Positions 40,268 through 49,721 of a stretch of 64,000 nucleotides of DNA are shown piece by piece. Made by a program: the position numbers and the translations under genes. The notes beneath the pieces are model-generated. The model was given only the letters and a program-made list of their open reading frames with translations, had not been told where the DNA came from and made no database searches. Numbering within the stretch: the stretch's first letter is position 1; the number at the start of each line of letters is the position of its first letter. Origin of the DNA: an uncultured bacterium (GTDB taxonomy: Bacteria > Fidelibacterota > Marinisomatia > Marinisomatales > JAHJCW01); the NCBI GenBank assembly GCA_964634215.1, contig CAZWKR010000001.1:128603-192602 (forward strand). Direction: 5' to 3'.

Positions 40268-41416
40268 CTAAGTCATAAAAGTTTTTTCTACAATTAATTT
40301 GGCAACACGTGAATAAACACCAGGAGCCCCTAATTTTTTTGTTGCCAGCTCATATCCGTTAATCATTTTCTTGCGTTCCGGCGTATCAGAAAGTAACGGA
40401 ATAATTGCTTTAACAAGGATTTCAGGAGTCATTTTATGTTGGAGGAATTCCGGTACAATTTTACGATTTGCGATTAAGTTGATTAATGATAAATATTTCA
40501 CCTTAGCCAATTGTTTTCCAATCCAATAAGTAATGTCAGATGTTTTATAACAAACAACTGCCGGTAGTCCAAGTACAGCCGCTTCTAATGTTGCAGTTCC
40601 AGAAGCGATAAGCCCGGCATCTCCATAAGCCATTACCAATCTAACATTATCTTTTTCTATATGTACAAATTTTGGAGGATCGGGTATGCTAACATTCGGC
40701 GCCTTGCCTATAATGAATTGTAATTTTGGAAAAATGTCATGCAGGTAGTTGATGGCTTCTTTAAATATTGGCCAATGCCTATCTATCTCTTGTTGGCGAC
40801 TGCCGGGTAGTAGAGTTAATAAAGGGTCACTTATTTCAAGTGAATGTTTCGAAAAGAAATCATCTTTGTTAACTTGTAGTTTTTCAATATCAACAAAAGG
40901 ATGTCCAACAAAGTCTATGTCTAATCCACGTTCATTAAACCACGCTTTCTCAAACGGAACAATACTAAGAGCTTGATCTGTGAAGCTTTTTATTTTGATG
41001 GCACGATTTTCTTTCCATGCCCACACTTGAGGTAAAATAAAATATGTTATTGGAATCTTTGACTTTTGAATTCTTTTTGCTAAACTGAGATTAAAACCGG
41101 GATAATCAATTAATATTATACGCGTTGGTTGCACATTTTTTATTTGACGAATTGTATTATTCATTATCCTGCGTATATATGGAAGATGTTTTATCACTTC
41201 TGTAAAACCAACAAAAGAAAGATTTGAAATGTGTTCAATAATTTCAACGCCTGCATCTTTCATTTTATCGCCACCATGACCGATAAATCTAATAGCGGGA
41301 TTTAGTTTCTCAATCTCTTGAACCAGCCTAGCGCCATGGATATCACCTGATTCCTCACCGGCGATAATAAATATTATTTTCTCAGGTTTGGTATTTGCCT
41401 GATTAGATGAAATCAT
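40268..41416 (-). CDS. lpxB: Lipid-A-disaccharide synthase
   Basis: 382 aa. N-terminal IIAGEESGDIHGARL matches the LpxB signature (AGEASGD). Confidence 0.9.
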   Translation of the reverse strand: MISSNQANTKPEKIIFIIAGEESGDIHGARLVQEIEKLNPAIRFIGHGGDKMKDAGVEIIEHISNLSFVGFTEVIKHLPYIRRIMNNTIRQIKNVQPTRIILIDYPGFNLSLAKRIQKSKIPITYFILPQVWAWKENRAIKIKSFTDQALSIVPFEKAWFNERGLDIDFVGHPFVDIEKLQVNKDDFFSKHSLEISDPLLTLLPGSRQQEIDRHWPIFKEAINYLHDIFPKLQFIIGKAPNVSIPDPPKFVHIEKDNVRLVMAYGDAGLIASGTATLEAAVLGLPAVVCYKTSDITYWIGKQLAKVKYLSLINLIANRKIVPEFLQHKMTPEILVKAIIPLLSDTPERKKMINGYELATKKLGAPGVYSRVAKLIVEKTFMT

Positions 41417-41440
41417 TGCTATTTATTGATAAAAGTATTG

Positions 41441-42022
41441 TTAAACTGTTGAAATTTGGGAGCGAATAAATATCAATATCAAGATTAACAATATATTTAA
41501 AAGAGTGCTTTTTTCGTGTCTTAATACTTTTTTAATACTTAACGGTTCTTGAATGGTACCGCCCTTCCATGGAGTTAATCGTGGTAAAAGTGCAGGAACA
41601 TTATTACAATATATTAGATACTCTTCATCAAACTTTTTACTCAAAGTTTCTTGTTCTAATGAGATAATCAATGAATATTGTATAATAAAAAATGTTAAAG
41701 TAAGAAATAATATAAGCCAAAGATTTGATCCTCCTGCGATAAAAACTATTCCGGAAAAATTTATCATATTTCCAAGGTAGAGGGGGTTGCGTAAATAAGC
41801 AAATGGTCCAGAAGAGCAAAGCTTTGGAGCGCCTACTTTTATTGTTCGAGTTCTTCCACCGGCATAACTCACAGCCCAAACTCTGATAGTTTCACCTATT
41901 GCTAATAATATAAAACCAAAATAAATAACAGGCTGATATGGGTTTGAAAAATATAACAGAATTAGAACTAATGGAATTGGAGTATAGCTACGATTTTTAA
42001 AAAAAAACTGTCGAATATCCAT
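41441..42022 (-). CDS. Isoprenylcysteine carboxyl methyltransferase (ICMT/Ste14)-family membrane methyltransferase
   Basis: 193 aa and multi-TM. SGPFAYLRNPLYLGN ... EQETLSKKFDEEYLIYCNNVP matches the ICMT/PEMT family pattern. 1-nt overlap with the upstream oxidoreductase gene. Confidence 0.7.
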   Translation of the reverse strand: MDIRQFFFKNRSYTPIPLVLILLYFSNPYQPVIYFGFILLAIGETIRVWAVSYAGGRTRTIKVGAPKLCSSGPFAYLRNPLYLGNMINFSGIVFIAGGSNLWLILFLTLTFFIIQYSLIISLEQETLSKKFDEEYLIYCNNVPALLPRLTPWKGGTIQEPLSIKKVLRHEKSTLLNILLILILIFIRSQISTV

Positions 42023-43014
42023 TAATGAACATCTTCTATTATCATTTTCTGAATTTTAGTAGCTACTTCCAAAGCATCTCTACCTGCTTTACCATCTACA
42101 ATTGGTTTAGACTTTCCTTGGATTGATTCAATGAAATTAGTCAGCTCAAGTCGAAGAGCGTCTATTTTTTCAATTTGGGGTTTCTCGTAAACTATAGCAC
42201 GATGTCCCCCATCATTATTTAAAGGAGCTGTAACCAATGCTTTGGAGACTTTAGTATCAGAATCGATTGCACGATATACTTCAGTGAGACCCTGTAGAAA
42301 ATCAATTGTAACGTACATATCTCGCTGAAAAAACTTGAGCTTTCTAACTTTATTTTGTGCAATTCGGCTTGAGGTTAGATTGGCAACGGTACCATTTTCA
42401 AAGCGAACTCGAGCATTGGCAATATCAACTGAGTTTGTCATGATTGAAACACCACTGGCGCGTATGTTTTTCACAGGACTGTTTACTAGAGATAGAATTA
42501 TATCAATATCATGAATCATCAGATCAAGAACAACCGGAACTTCGGTACCTCGAACTGTATATGGAGCAAGCCGTTGAACTTCAATAAATTTTGGTTTTAG
42601 CTCAAAATCTTTTAATGCTAGTAATGCAGGATTCAATCGCTCAATATGTCCAACTTGAATTACAGTTCCATTTTTTTGGGTAAGGGATAGTAAGTGATCA
42701 GCTTCGACAACTGTTTTTGTTATCGGTTTTTCAATGAAGACATGTTTGCCGGTCTTTATACAGAGTTCGGCAATTTTTGCATGCTGAGTTGTTGGAGTTA
42801 CTATTGATATGGCATCACAAGCAGAAAGTAAGTTGTCAATGCTGTTATAAGATTTTGAATTATGTTGTTTTGCTATTTCATTGGCGCGTGCAGTATCTAA
42901 GTCGTAAACCCCTACGAGGTCTGTGCCGGGCAATGATGCAAAATGCTTCACATGATGTTGACCTAAATGACCAACGCCTATTACTCCTACCTTTACCTGT
43001 TTTGATGTATTCAT
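42022..43014 (-). CDS. Gfo/Idh/MocA-family NAD(P)-dependent oxidoreductase (GnnA-like candidate)
   Basis: 330 aa. N-terminal Rossmann fold KVGVIGVGHLGQHH and the EKP motif (VFIEKPI). Located in the lipid A gene block. Confidence 0.75.
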   Translation of the reverse strand: MNTSKQVKVGVIGVGHLGQHHVKHFASLPGTDLVGVYDLDTARANEIAKQHNSKSYNSIDNLLSACDAISIVTPTTQHAKIAELCIKTGKHVFIEKPITKTVVEADHLLSLTQKNGTVIQVGHIERLNPALLALKDFELKPKFIEVQRLAPYTVRGTEVPVVLDLMIHDIDIILSLVNSPVKNIRASGVSIMTNSVDIANARVRFENGTVANLTSSRIAQNKVRKLKFFQRDMYVTIDFLQGLTEVYRAIDSDTKVSKALVTAPLNNDGGHRAIVYEKPQIEKIDALRLELTNFIESIQGKSKPIVDGKAGRDALEVATKIQKMIIEDVH

Positions 43015-43056
43015 TGACTATGTCAATTTACAATAAGAAGATGTACGGTGAAACAA

Positions 43057-44157
43057 TCAAACATTAAACTTAAAGAAAATACAATCCCCATCTTTAACAA
43101 TATACTCTTTACCTTCTTGGCGTACTAATCCGGCATCGCGTACTGCGATTTCAGACCCAAGCGAAACTAGGTCATTATATTTAAATATTTCTGCTTTAAT
43201 AAAGCCGCGTTGAAAATCAGTATGAATTTCACCCGCAGCTTCAGGGGCAGAAGCACCTTGTTTGATTGTCCAGGCGCGGACTTCTTTTGGTCCCCCGGTA
43301 AAAAACGTTTCTAAGTCAAGGAGCTTGAAACTAGCATGAATCAGTTTTTCTAAACCAGGTTCCGGCAGATTATATTCATCTAAAAAGATTTGCTTATCAT
43401 CGCCTTCAAGCGATGCAATATCTTGCTCCAATTTTCCGCATAGACGTATGGCAAGGTTTCCCTCTTTTTCAGCAAAATCAAAAAGGGTTTGTACATGTTC
43501 ATTGCGATCAGTGTTTTGTATCTCCTTTTCGTCAACATTTGCAACGTATAGGATTGGTTTACGTGACATTAAAAATAAAGATCTAATAAACGGAATGTCA
43601 TCGGTTTCGGCAGGAAAGGTTCTAGCTCGACGCCCATTGTTTAAATGGTCTAATAATTGTTCAAGCACTTTGATTTTACGGACGGCTGATTTGTCACCAC
43701 CTCTAGCCGCTTTAGCTATTTTGATTAAGCGCCTTTCAAGTGTGGCAATATCTGCTAATAGAAGCTCTGTCTCAATTAGTTCGGCGTCGCGAACAGGGTC
43801 AACACCTCCCTCAACATGAACTACCTTACTGTCATCAAAACATCTAACTACATGGACAATAGCCCCTACCTGTTTGATTTGACCTAAAAATTTATTGCCA
43901 AGTCCTTCGCCAGTGCTAGCGCCTTTAACCAGACCGGCAATGTCAGTAAACTCGACCGTTGCGGGTATTGCTTTTTCTGGTTTGTAAATTTTTTCAAGCT
44001 CAAACAGTCTCGAGTCGGGAAGTGGAACAATTCCGACGTGCGGATCAATAGTGCAAAAAGGATAGTTTTCAGCAGGCACGCTGGACGCAGTTAACGCGTT
44101 AAAGATGGTTGACTTTCCGACATTCGGTAAGCCTACAATACCACACTGAAGAGACAT
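43057..44157 (-). CDS. ychF: Ribosome-binding ATPase YchF
   Basis: 366 aa. GIVGLPNVGKSTIFNALT, with a TGS-like C-terminus (GKEYIVKDGD). Confidence 0.93.
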   Translation of the reverse strand: MSLQCGIVGLPNVGKSTIFNALTASSVPAENYPFCTIDPHVGIVPLPDSRLFELEKIYKPEKAIPATVEFTDIAGLVKGASTGEGLGNKFLGQIKQVGAIVHVVRCFDDSKVVHVEGGVDPVRDAELIETELLLADIATLERRLIKIAKAARGGDKSAVRKIKVLEQLLDHLNNGRRARTFPAETDDIPFIRSLFLMSRKPILYVANVDEKEIQNTDRNEHVQTLFDFAEKEGNLAIRLCGKLEQDIASLEGDDKQIFLDEYNLPEPGLEKLIHASFKLLDLETFFTGGPKEVRAWTIKQGASAPEAAGEIHTDFQRGFIKAEIFKYNDLVSLGSEIAVRDAGLVRQEGKEYIVKDGDCIFFKFNV

Positions 44158-44159
44158 GA

Positions 44160-44711
44160 CTAAAAAGTATCTAAAGCAGGGTCAGCCCCGAAATCCCAAG
44201 TTAAATTATCAAACAGACCAACTTGTAGGTCTTTTGCGAAATAGATTACTCTTTCCTTAACAGACAAGGCTGCATCACCCCACACCATAAATACTGGTTT
44301 TTTCATCACTTTTTTAATATCAATTTTATAAGTGATAAGATTATGATACGGTCGAACCTGTCCTTTGAATTTTAATTCTTTAACACCAAGGGCACGACCA
44401 CGACCTTGCCCTCCCGCCCAAGAGAGAAAAAATCCCAATAACTGCCAAAAGCCATCGAGCCCAAGACATCCGGGCATTACGGGATCTCCTTTAAAATGAC
44501 AGTCAAAAAACCAATTTTTTGGATTAATATTTAGTTCTGCTAAAATGGAACCTTTTCCATATTTTCCACCATCCTCGGTGATTTTTAAAATACGATCGAT
44601 CATTAACATTGGAGGCTTAGGTAGCTTACCGTTTTCCTGGCCAAAAACATTACCTTCGGCAATATCCAATAAGTCTTTTTTGGAATAACTTAATTTTTTT
44701 TGCATATGCAT
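44160..44711 (-). CDS. fabA: 3-hydroxyacyl-ACP dehydratase / trans-2-decenoyl-ACP isomerase FabA
   Basis: Aligns nearly end to end with E. coli FabA as I recall it: LPKPPMLMIDRI, FFDCHFKGDPVMPGCLGLDGFWQL, GRALGVKELKFKGQV. The start is ambiguous (ATG at 44711 or 44705; the track ORF extends to 44750). Confidence 0.88.
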   Translation of the reverse strand: MHMQKKLSYSKKDLLDIAEGNVFGQENGKLPKPPMLMIDRILKITEDGGKYGKGSILAELNINPKNWFFDCHFKGDPVMPGCLGLDGFWQLLGFFLSWAGGQGRGRALGVKELKFKGQVRPYHNLITYKIDIKKVMKKPVFMVWGDAALSVKERVIYFAKDLQVGLFDNLTWDFGADPALDTF

Positions 44712-44854
44712 AGATGATTTTTCCATAAATAGTATAATTTTCAGTGGCAAGATTATTGTTTACTACTGAAAGGAGCAAGTAATCTTTATGAAAACCTAAA
44801 CTTTGTAAAACTGTGATATTGTTCTAAATTCGCACCCTTAAAATTGGAGCAAGT

Positions 44855-45640
44855 ATGAAACAATGGGTTTTAATATTAGGATGTTCTACCGGTCACGGAG
44901 GTGCTACAGCAAAGCGTCTAGCTGAAGAAGGGTATGGCATTTTGGGATTTCATTTTGATCGCGCTGATATAAAAAAACAAGCGCTAAAATTTAAAGAAGA
45001 ATTATCTGAAATTAATGGCGGTCGAGTGCATTTTTGGAATAAAAATGCTGCCGATATTGATATTATGAATGAATATGTTCCAATTATCAAAGAAATTGTT
45101 GGTGACGGAACGTTAAAGCTGTTACTGCATTCCATTGCTTTTGGAACGACCATGAATCTGCTTGGCGAGAAACATGTTAGCAGAAAACAAATGGATATGA
45201 CGGTTCACGTTATGGGAATGTCAATGTTATATTGGACACAAAAACTGCATGATGCAAAATTGATTGGCGAAGGTTCCCGAGTGATGGGTTTTACAAGTGA
45301 AGGTAATTATGTTTCGATGGAAGGGTATGGTCCGGTAAGTGTCGCCAAAGTAGCAATGGAAGCAATCTTACGACAAATTGGCTGGGAATTAGGAAAGTTT
45401 GGTATTACGGCAAACATAATTCAGGCTGGCGTTACACCAACCCGTGCGCTCACAAAAATCTCTGATAGATGGGAAGAGTGGATAAAACGTACAGAATATC
45501 GAAATCCAATGCGCCGAACGACAACACCGGAAGATGTTGCGAATACAGTATCATTATTGTTACGACCTGAGGCTGATTTCATCAATTGTTCAACTATCCA
45601 TTGTGATGGCGGCGAACATCGTTCAGGAAGAATATATTAA
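44855..45640 (+). CDS. SDR-superfamily enoyl-ACP reductase-like protein (FabI/FabL-like, atypical N-terminus)
   Basis: 261 aa. Tyr-x6-Lys block YGPVSVAKVAMEA (compare FabI YNVMGLAKASLEA), LLHSIAFGT (FabI FVHSIGFAP), NIIQAGVTPT and HCDGG. The glycine-rich N-terminus GCSTGHGGA is unlike FabI. Divergent from fabA. Confidence 0.55.
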   Translation: MKQWVLILGCSTGHGGATAKRLAEEGYGILGFHFDRADIKKQALKFKEELSEINGGRVHFWNKNAADIDIMNEYVPIIKEIVGDGTLKLLLHSIAFGTTMNLLGEKHVSRKQMDMTVHVMGMSMLYWTQKLHDAKLIGEGSRVMGFTSEGNYVSMEGYGPVSVAKVAMEAILRQIGWELGKFGITANIIQAGVTPTRALTKISDRWEEWIKRTEYRNPMRRTTTPEDVANTVSLLLRPEADFINCSTIHCDGGEHRSGRIY

Positions 45641-45658
45641 TTTGAATTTCTATTTTAT

Positions 45659-45724
45659 TACCCCCTCTTTAATTCTCCCCCTAATTTAGGGGGAGGCGAT
45701 TTGTACAGCAAAACGGTGGGGGTA
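45659..45724. terminator. Nested GC-run hairpin between convergent genes (probable bidirectional terminator)
   Basis: Inner perfect stem ctcccccta/att/tagggggag (45675-45695). Outer complementary arms taccccc (45659-45665) and gggggta (45718-45724). Confidence 0.55.
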
Positions 45725-45730
45725 TATCAA

Positions 45731-47434
45731 TTAAATAATAATCTCTTTATGATTATCAACGATATTTCTATTTTCGCTAATTACAAATTCTGAATTTTCT
45801 TTGATTCTGAGCCTTACCTCAGCAATCCAAATTTCTGCTAATTTAGCTTTTCTATCATTTTTCGTAGCAGCGTCTAAAAACAGTGTTGATATATAAATAT
45901 CCAAACCCATTTTTACAATTCGTTCAGATATAAATTCTGTATATTCACGATCTTTTTGATTTCTAACAACTTCAACTGCTTTATCAAAAGATGTGATCAA
46001 TGATTTTATGGAATCGGATAGCGGTTGTAGTGTAGAATTAAAGGATAGTTCTTTAAATTTATCAAATTCTTTATCCAACACACCGGCTAATACACCACCA
46101 ACTGATGCAACCACCTGTAACTGCGATGTTCCTTCGTAAATATTTGTTATGCGCGCATCGCGATAATAGCGTTCCATGTCGTAATCTTTCATATACCCAT
46201 TACCGGCCATTACTTGTAAACCATCATACGCAGTTTTATTCGCCATTTCGGCGTTAAAATATTTTGAAAATGGTGTCAAGATACCTGCGAGCCGCTCAAG
46301 ATATTTAGTTTCTTTTCGATCAATATTAGGGTCTTTGGATGAGGCTTTAAGCCGGTCAACTATTTTTCCGGTTTCATAAAGCAGCAATCTTCCGGCTTCG
46401 ATGTTTAAGCGCATATCGGAAAGTATTTTGTAAACAGCCGGAATTTCAATAATTGGCTTGTCGAATTGAATGCGCGTATCGGCATAATCTTTTGCTAAAT
46501 TATATGCTGCTTCGGCGATACCTAAGCCCTGCGCTGCTACGGCAATACGTGCGCCGTTCATTAATGACATAATATATTTGATTAAACCAAATTTACGTTT
46601 TCCAACTAAATAAGCCGGAGTATTACTGAAGGTCATCTCACAAGTAGGAGAACCGTGAATACCAAGCTTGTTTTCGATGCGATCAATATTTATCGTTTTA
46701 TCTTTAGAACATACAAACATCGAAAGACCGCGACCATCTTTAGTACCTTCTTCGGAACGCGCTAAAACTAAAAGCGTTGTTCCATTTCCATTTGTAATAA
46801 ATCTTTTTGTTCCGTTTAGATGCCAAACACCACTATCATCGCCGTCTGGTGGAGGTGTTGCTTTAGTTTTCACAGATTGCAAGTCAGAGCCGAAATCAGG
46901 CTCAGTTAATACCATTGCTCCCGTCGCATCTCCTGTTGCTAATGACGGAATATATTTTACTTTCTGTTCATCGGTGCCAAACTCATCGATAGTTTCGGCG
47001 ATATCTTGTAATCCGACCAACGTCATTAATGATGCATCAGCTCTTGAAACCATTTCAATTATAGAAATTTTTACGGTTTGAGGCATATTAAGACCACCAT
47101 ATTCGTAAGGCAATGAAATCCCCATCAAATTCATTTCTTTAAAATCGTTAAGATTTTCTAAAACTAAAGAATTCATTATAACATCGCCGTTCTTACAAAC
47201 GTGTCCCTCTTCATCAATTTGTCGTGAACGTTCAAAAATCGGCCCAGCGCAAATATCACCAACCACTTCTAAAATATCTAGATAATTTTCTGCTGCTTCG
47301 TCACGGTCGGCAGGTGCAAAGTCATGTTCTTTGGAGTTTGAGTAATCTCCCTCCACAATATCGGCTAGCGCCTTTAAGTCCAAGCGCTCTAAGTTTAGCT
47401 TGATATCGGGATTATCAGTATAAAAATTTGGCAT
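45731..47434 (-). CDS. Acyl-CoA dehydrogenase (long form with C-terminal extension)
   Basis: 567 aa. ACAD middle and C-terminal blocks (FITNG, YRDARITNIYEGTSQLQ) with an additional C-terminal helical domain. Confidence 0.85.
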   Translation of the reverse strand: MPNFYTDNPDIKLNLERLDLKALADIVEGDYSNSKEHDFAPADRDEAAENYLDILEVVGDICAGPIFERSRQIDEEGHVCKNGDVIMNSLVLENLNDFKEMNLMGISLPYEYGGLNMPQTVKISIIEMVSRADASLMTLVGLQDIAETIDEFGTDEQKVKYIPSLATGDATGAMVLTEPDFGSDLQSVKTKATPPPDGDDSGVWHLNGTKRFITNGNGTTLLVLARSEEGTKDGRGLSMFVCSKDKTINIDRIENKLGIHGSPTCEMTFSNTPAYLVGKRKFGLIKYIMSLMNGARIAVAAQGLGIAEAAYNLAKDYADTRIQFDKPIIEIPAVYKILSDMRLNIEAGRLLLYETGKIVDRLKASSKDPNIDRKETKYLERLAGILTPFSKYFNAEMANKTAYDGLQVMAGNGYMKDYDMERYYRDARITNIYEGTSQLQVVASVGGVLAGVLDKEFDKFKELSFNSTLQPLSDSIKSLITSFDKAVEVVRNQKDREYTEFISERIVKMGLDIYISTLFLDAATKNDRKAKLAEIWIAEVRLRIKENSEFVISENRNIVDNHKEIII

Positions 47435-47516
47435 AGTTAGTCCTAGTATTTAAATGAATTAATAATGATAAATATAAAATATATATTAAGAAGATAAAAT
47501 TTTCTAACCGGTTTTA

Positions 47517-48782
47517 CTACACTAAAATCTGTTTTGTTTCCTTTTCGGCCAAACCAGGATCTTTTACGTAAAAGATCATTATTGCCAAACCAAGGCATAG
47601 CATTCCGGCAATTATCCAAAATAACTGCACAGTACCTAGAATTTCAGAAATAGATATTGCAGCGAAGATTGTAATTAGTATAAATGGGGCTAAAAAAGTA
47701 TCAACCAGAGCCATATATAATTTGCTATCATTCTTTCCGGCAAAACTGTAAACCATATTCATTGAAGCCGGCATAAATGAACCATAACCGAAACCCAAGA
47801 ATATGAATACAGCATAAACACCAAACATTGTTGTTGTGAATAATGCCGTAAGTACAGCAAAAAGATGTGCCGTGAAAGAAAATACTATTGCTGTTTTATG
47901 CCCGAAACGGTCACCGAGTTTACCAGACAAATAACTTGAAAAGCCATAAGCAGCTACATTCAGGATCGTAAAAATACCGGCAGTACTTATATCAAAGCCA
48001 AATTTATCCTGCATAAAAACCGCGTACAAACTAATAGCAGGGTATATTACCGTTAGGAAAGCACGGGCAGTCAAATAACGTCGGAAGTTATTGTGTGTTT
48101 TGATAATTCTTTTTGTTTCGGAAAAAAACTCAGCAACAGATTTATGCGGACGTTTTGCCACCGGGGATTTAATTCTGAGACCCAAGTATAAGATTGTAGC
48201 GATTATTATCATAATTAAATAAATAAAAAATCCATAACCAAAGTTTTTTGGGAAAGTAATTGAACTGCTAAATAATATTTTAACTAAAATACCACCTAAG
48301 AATCCACCAATACTATTGAAAGCAAAAGATACACCAAAAAATGCACCGCGCGAATCATCATTCACAGCATGACGTAAAAAATCTGTCCAAATTGGAATGA
48401 GGAATCCAATTGCCAATCCATATAAAATGAAACAAGAATAAAAATAAATCCAAGCAGTAGGTCCCGTTGGAGCGAAAAAGGCAAAGACGAAACCCATCAT
48501 AAAAACCGGAGGCCAAACCAATAGATGAACCCCAACTGCAACATTTTTAATATTATGTATATTTCGTCCTATTAATGCGGAAAGAAGTTGTGGTAGTGCC
48601 ATCAAAATGGCAAAAAGTCCTGCAACGGAGACTACAACTCCCGTTGGTGCTCCTAATTGCTTTAAAAACAGCGGTACAATTGCATAGATCGTATGGAATG
48701 CCATCCCAAAACCCCAGCAAAATTCATGAGCGCTATTTAGTGTTAAGTTATGACGCAGATCTCGTTTAGACAGTCTTTCCAT
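47517..48782 (-). CDS. MFS transporter
   Basis: 421 aa and about 12 TM helices with 6+6 organisation. Confidence 0.7.
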   Translation of the reverse strand: MERLSKRDLRHNLTLNSAHEFCWGFGMAFHTIYAIVPLFLKQLGAPTGVVVSVAGLFAILMALPQLLSALIGRNIHNIKNVAVGVHLLVWPPVFMMGFVFAFFAPTGPTAWIYFYSCFILYGLAIGFLIPIWTDFLRHAVNDDSRGAFFGVSFAFNSIGGFLGGILVKILFSSSITFPKNFGYGFFIYLIMIIIATILYLGLRIKSPVAKRPHKSVAEFFSETKRIIKTHNNFRRYLTARAFLTVIYPAISLYAVFMQDKFGFDISTAGIFTILNVAAYGFSSYLSGKLGDRFGHKTAIVFSFTAHLFAVLTALFTTTMFGVYAVFIFLGFGYGSFMPASMNMVYSFAGKNDSKLYMALVDTFLAPFILITIFAAISISEILGTVQLFWIIAGMLCLGLAIMIFYVKDPGLAEKETKQILV

Positions 48783-49677
48783 TTTGCTTCTTTTGATCTC
48801 TTGTTAGCAGGATTATAGAAATTATTAGTATGGCTCCACCGGCAAATTGTATAGGCGATAATACTCGTCCGCGGATAATCCAATCTATCGCAACAGCGGA
48901 AAGAGGCCAAAACAGTTCATATATTGAAGAATGCGATGCCTTAACATGTTTTAAGCCGTAATAATAGATGAACAAAGCAACAGAACCGGTAGTAAATACA
49001 ATTAACAGTATAATTTTCCATTGCAGGAATGTTATCACATTAATTTCTGAATAACCCCGTACTGCTAACAACACAACCATTGCAATTATTGCGGTAACAG
49101 ATAATCGCAATGCAGTAACAACCGGAAACGAAAGAGTTTTTAAGGTATGCTTTCCTAAAACAGTTGAGCTGCCCCAACAAAATGCTGCAAGTAACGCTAA
49201 AAGAGCAGCGATTATCATTTTATCATCGCCTCCCACAATTGGATTTAGTCCAAAAGTGACAAAATAGCCACCCACAAGAGCCATTATTGCTAACAGTAGA
49301 AATCTTTTCGTAATACGTTCTTTTAAAACTACCGCAGCAAGCGATATCGCAAATAGCGGTTGAAATTTTTGAAGTAAAACGACAACTGATAAATCGATAT
49401 AATTGATGTAACTAAGTGCTTTTGTATAGAAGAACAAACCAAGCAATCCGCCAAACACGCTTATCCAAAAAATTGACGACCAAGCCCTTTGCCCCATCGC
49501 AAAGATTTCTTTTTTACCTTTCAGCAAGAACGGTAGGAAAACGAGAGCACCGATTATATGCTCTATTGCAACGATCAAAAATGATGAAACGTTGTACAAC
49601 TCTTGACGAAGAAAACCGTCCAAGCTCCATAACAGTGCAGCAAAAATGATTGCAAAGATTGGCAAGTACTTTTTCAT
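48766..49677 (-). CDS. DMT superfamily (EamA-like) transporter
   Basis: 303 aa and about 10 TM helices in two EamA-like halves. 17-bp overlap with the downstream MFS gene. Confidence 0.72.
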   Translation of the reverse strand: MKKYLPIFAIIFAALLWSLDGFLRQELYNVSSFLIVAIEHIIGALVFLPFLLKGKKEIFAMGQRAWSSIFWISVFGGLLGLFFYTKALSYINYIDLSVVVLLQKFQPLFAISLAAVVLKERITKRFLLLAIMALVGGYFVTFGLNPIVGGDDKMIIAALLALLAAFCWGSSTVLGKHTLKTLSFPVVTALRLSVTAIIAMVVLLAVRGYSEINVITFLQWKIILLIVFTTGSVALFIYYYGLKHVKASHSSIYELFWPLSAVAIDWIIRGRVLSPIQFAGGAILIISIILLTRDQKKQNGKTV

Positions 49678-49721
49678 GGGCGGAAATTACGTAATAGAAA
49701 TTATGAATATAATAAATATGT

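Noticed and set aside
45659-45724. G-quadruplex or i-motif formed by the C5/G5 runs
   Set aside because: Only two G-runs and two C-runs occur per strand, fewer than the four needed. Watson-Crick hairpin pairing explains the arrangement.
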